NCBI GenBank assembly: GCA_965240325.2
Contig: OZ251236.1
Location: 434,001 to 498,000 of the forward strand
DNA: 64,000 bases
Source of the DNA: Rebecca billardiae RCC1528
Taxonomy: Eukaryota > Protista > Haptophyta
Reading direction: 5' to 3'
The translations under genes and the position numbers were made by a program. Below are positions 24,001 to 27,000 of this stretch, in pieces (position 1 is the first letter of the stretch; each line of letters opens with the position of its first letter). Under the pieces are notes generated by a model that worked only from the letters and a program-made list of their open reading frames with translations, did not search any database and had not been told where the DNA came from.

Positions 24001-27000
24001 GCAGTCGGCGGAGGCGACGGCGGTGGCGACGGTGGCGGGCTCGGCGGCGGGATCGGCGGCGGAGGCGACGGCGGCGGCGATGGCGGAGGCGACGGTGGTG
24101 GAGATGGCGGGGGGTTCGGCGGCGGTGACGGCGGTGGGCTTGGGGGTGGTGGGCTCGGCGGCGGGCTCGGCGGCGGGCTCGGCGGCGGGCTGGGCGGCGG
24201 CGAGGGCGGCGGCGACGGCGGCGGACTCGGCGGCGGGCTCGGTGGCGGCGAGGGCGGCCGACTTGGCGGCGGGCTGGGGGGCGGGCTCGGCGGCGGCGAG
24301 GGCGGCGGACTAGGCGGCGGAATGGGCGGCGGCGGGCTGGGCGGCGGGCTGGGTGGTGGGCTCGGTGGCGGCGATGGCGGCGGCGATGGCGGAGGTGACG
24401 GCGGAGGCGACGGCGGTGATGGCGGAGGCGACGGCGATGGTGGCGGAGGTGACGGCGATGGTGGCGGTGGCGACGCCAGAGGCGAAGGCGGCGGGCTCGG
24501 CGGGGGCTGCGGCGCAGTCGGCGGAGGCGACGGCGGTGGCGACGGTGGCGGGCTCGGCGGCGGGATCGGCGGCGGAGGCGACGGCGGCGGCGATGGCGGA
24601 GGCCACGGTGGTGGAGATGGCGGGGGGTTCGGCGGCGGTGACGGCGGTGGGCTTGGGGGTGGTGGGCTCGGCGGCGGGCTCGGCGGCGGGCTCGGCGGCG
24701 GGCTGGGCGGCGGCGAGGGCGGCGGCGACGGCGGCGGACTCGGCGGCGGGCTCGGTGGCGGCGAGGGCGGCCGACTTGGCGGCGGGCTGGGGGGCGGGCT
24801 CGGCGGCGGCGAGGGCGGCGGACTAGGCGGCGGAATGGGCGGCGGCGGGCTGGGCGGCGGGCTGGGTGGTGGGCTCGGTGGCGGCGATGGCGGCGGCGAT
24901 GGCGGAGGTGACGGCGGAGGCGACGGCGGTGATGGCGGAGGCGACGGCGATGGTGGCGGAGGTGACGGCGATGGTGGCGGAGGCGACGCCAGAGGCGAAG
25001 GCGGCGGGCTCGGCGGGGGCTGCGGCGCAGTCGGCGGAGGCGACGGCGGTGGCGACGGTGGCGGGCTCGGCGGCGGGATCGGCGGCGGAGGCGACGGCGG
25101 CGGCGATGGCGGAGGCGACGGTGGTGGAGATGGCGGGGGGTTCGGCGGCGGTGACGGCGGTGGGCTTGGGGGTGGTGGGCTCGGCGGCGGGCTCGGCGGC
25201 GGGCTCGGCGGCGGGCTGGGCGGCGGCGAGGGCGGCGGCGACGGCGGCGGACTCGGCGGCGGGCTCGGTGGCGGCGAGGGCGGCCGACTTGGCGGCGGGC
25301 TGGGGGGCGGGCTCGGCGGCGGCGAGGGCGGCGGACTAGGCGGCGGAATGGGCGGCGGCGGGCTGGGCGGCGGGCTGGGTGGTGGGCTCGGTGGCGGCGA
25401 TGGCGGCGGCGATGGCGGAGGCGACGGCGGAGGCGACGGCGGTGATGGCGGAGGCGACGGCGATGGTGGCGGAGGTGACGGCGATGGTGGCGGTGGCGAC
25501 GCCAGAGGCGAAGGCGGAGGGCTCGGCGGGGGCTGCGGCGCAGTCGGCGGAGGCGACGGCGGTGGCGAGGGTGGCGGGCTCGGCGGCGGGATCGGCGGCG
25601 GAGGCGACGGCGGCGGCGATGGCGGAGGCGACGGTGGTGGAGATGGCGGGGTGTTCGGCGGCGGTGACGGCGGTGGGCTTGGGGGTGGTGGGCTCGGCGG
25701 CGGGCTCGGCGGAGGGCTCGGCGGCGGGCTGGGCGGCGGCGAGGGCGGTGGCGACGGCGGCGGACTCGGCGGCGGGCTCGGCGGTGGCGAGGGCGGCGCA
25801 CTCGGCGGCGGGCTGGGGGGCGGGCTCGGCGGCGGCGAGGGCGGCGGACTAGGCGGCGGACTGGGCGGCGGCGGGCTGGGCGGCGGGCTGGGTGGTGGGC
25901 TCGGCGGCGGCGACGGCGGTGGCGATGGCGGAGGCGAGGGCGGAGAGCTCGGTGGCGGTGGCGACGGCGGCGGGGATGGTGGCGGCGAGGGCGGAGGCGA
26001 GGGCGGCGGTGAGGGCGGCGGTGACGGCGGTGGCGACGGTGGTAGCGACGGCGGAGGCGACGGTGGGGGCGAAGGCGATGGGCTTGGTGGCGGTGGCGAC
26101 GGCGGCGGGGATGGTGGCGGCGACGGCGGCGGACTGGGTGGCGGGCTCGGCGGCGGCGAGGGGGAATCAGGCGGCGGTGACGGCGGCGGACTCGGTGGCG
26201 GCGATGGCGGAGGCGACGGCGGCGGCAAAGGCGGCGGTGGTGATGGCGGTGGCGAGGGCGGCGGCGACGGTGGCGGCGAGGGCGGCGGCGAGGGCGGCGG
26301 CGAGGGCGGAGGCGTGGGCGGTGGAGATGGCGGCGGCGAGGGCGGAGGGCTCGGCGGCGGCGGCGAAGGCGGCGGCGACGGCGGTGGCGTCGGCGGCGGA
26401 CTAGGGGGCGGGCTCGGCGGTGGCGACGCCGCGGCCGGCGGTGGCGACGGCGGCGACGACGGCGGCGGCGACGGCGGCGGTGAGGGCGGTGGCACTGGTG
26501 GCGGGGGTGACGGTGGAGGTGACGGCGGCGGGCTTGGCGGCGGTGGTGATGGCGGAGGCGACGGCGGCGGCGACGGTGGCGGCGACGGCGGCGGCAAGGG
26601 CGGCGGAGTCGGTGGCGGCGGCGAAGGCGGCGGCGATGGCGGTGGCGATGGCGGTGGATTCGGTGGCGGGCTCGGCGGCGGCGCGGGCGACACTGGCGGC
26701 GGCGAGGGCGGCGGGCTCGGCGGCGGCGACGGCGGCGGAGACGGCGGCGGCGACGGCGGCGGCGACGGCGGCGGCATTGGCGGCGGGGGCGACGGCGGGG
26801 GCGATGGGGGCGACGAGGGCGGCGGCGAGGGCTGAGGCGACGGCGGAGGCGACGGTGGCGGTAACGGCGGAGGCGACGGCGGAGGCGACGGAGGCGGGCT
26901 CGGCGGCGGTGGCGACGGCGGCGGGGATGGTGGCGGCGATGGCGGCGGGCTCGGCGGCGGGCTCGGCGGCGGCGACGGTGGCGGTGACGGCGGCGGACTC

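Noticed and set aside
18185-25891. CRISPR-like regular array
   Set aside because: Whole units are near-identical with no unique spacers; it is a coding tandem repeat in a eukaryote with no cas genes.
6319-26835. 3162-aa and 3228-aa Gly-rich + strand ORFs (spidroin/GRP-like)
   Set aside because: Antisense shadows of the Ser-Pro frame. They stop where the minus strand has Tyr codons or other non-repeat sequence, while the minus frame joins signal peptide, Cys repeats, REJ and GPS.
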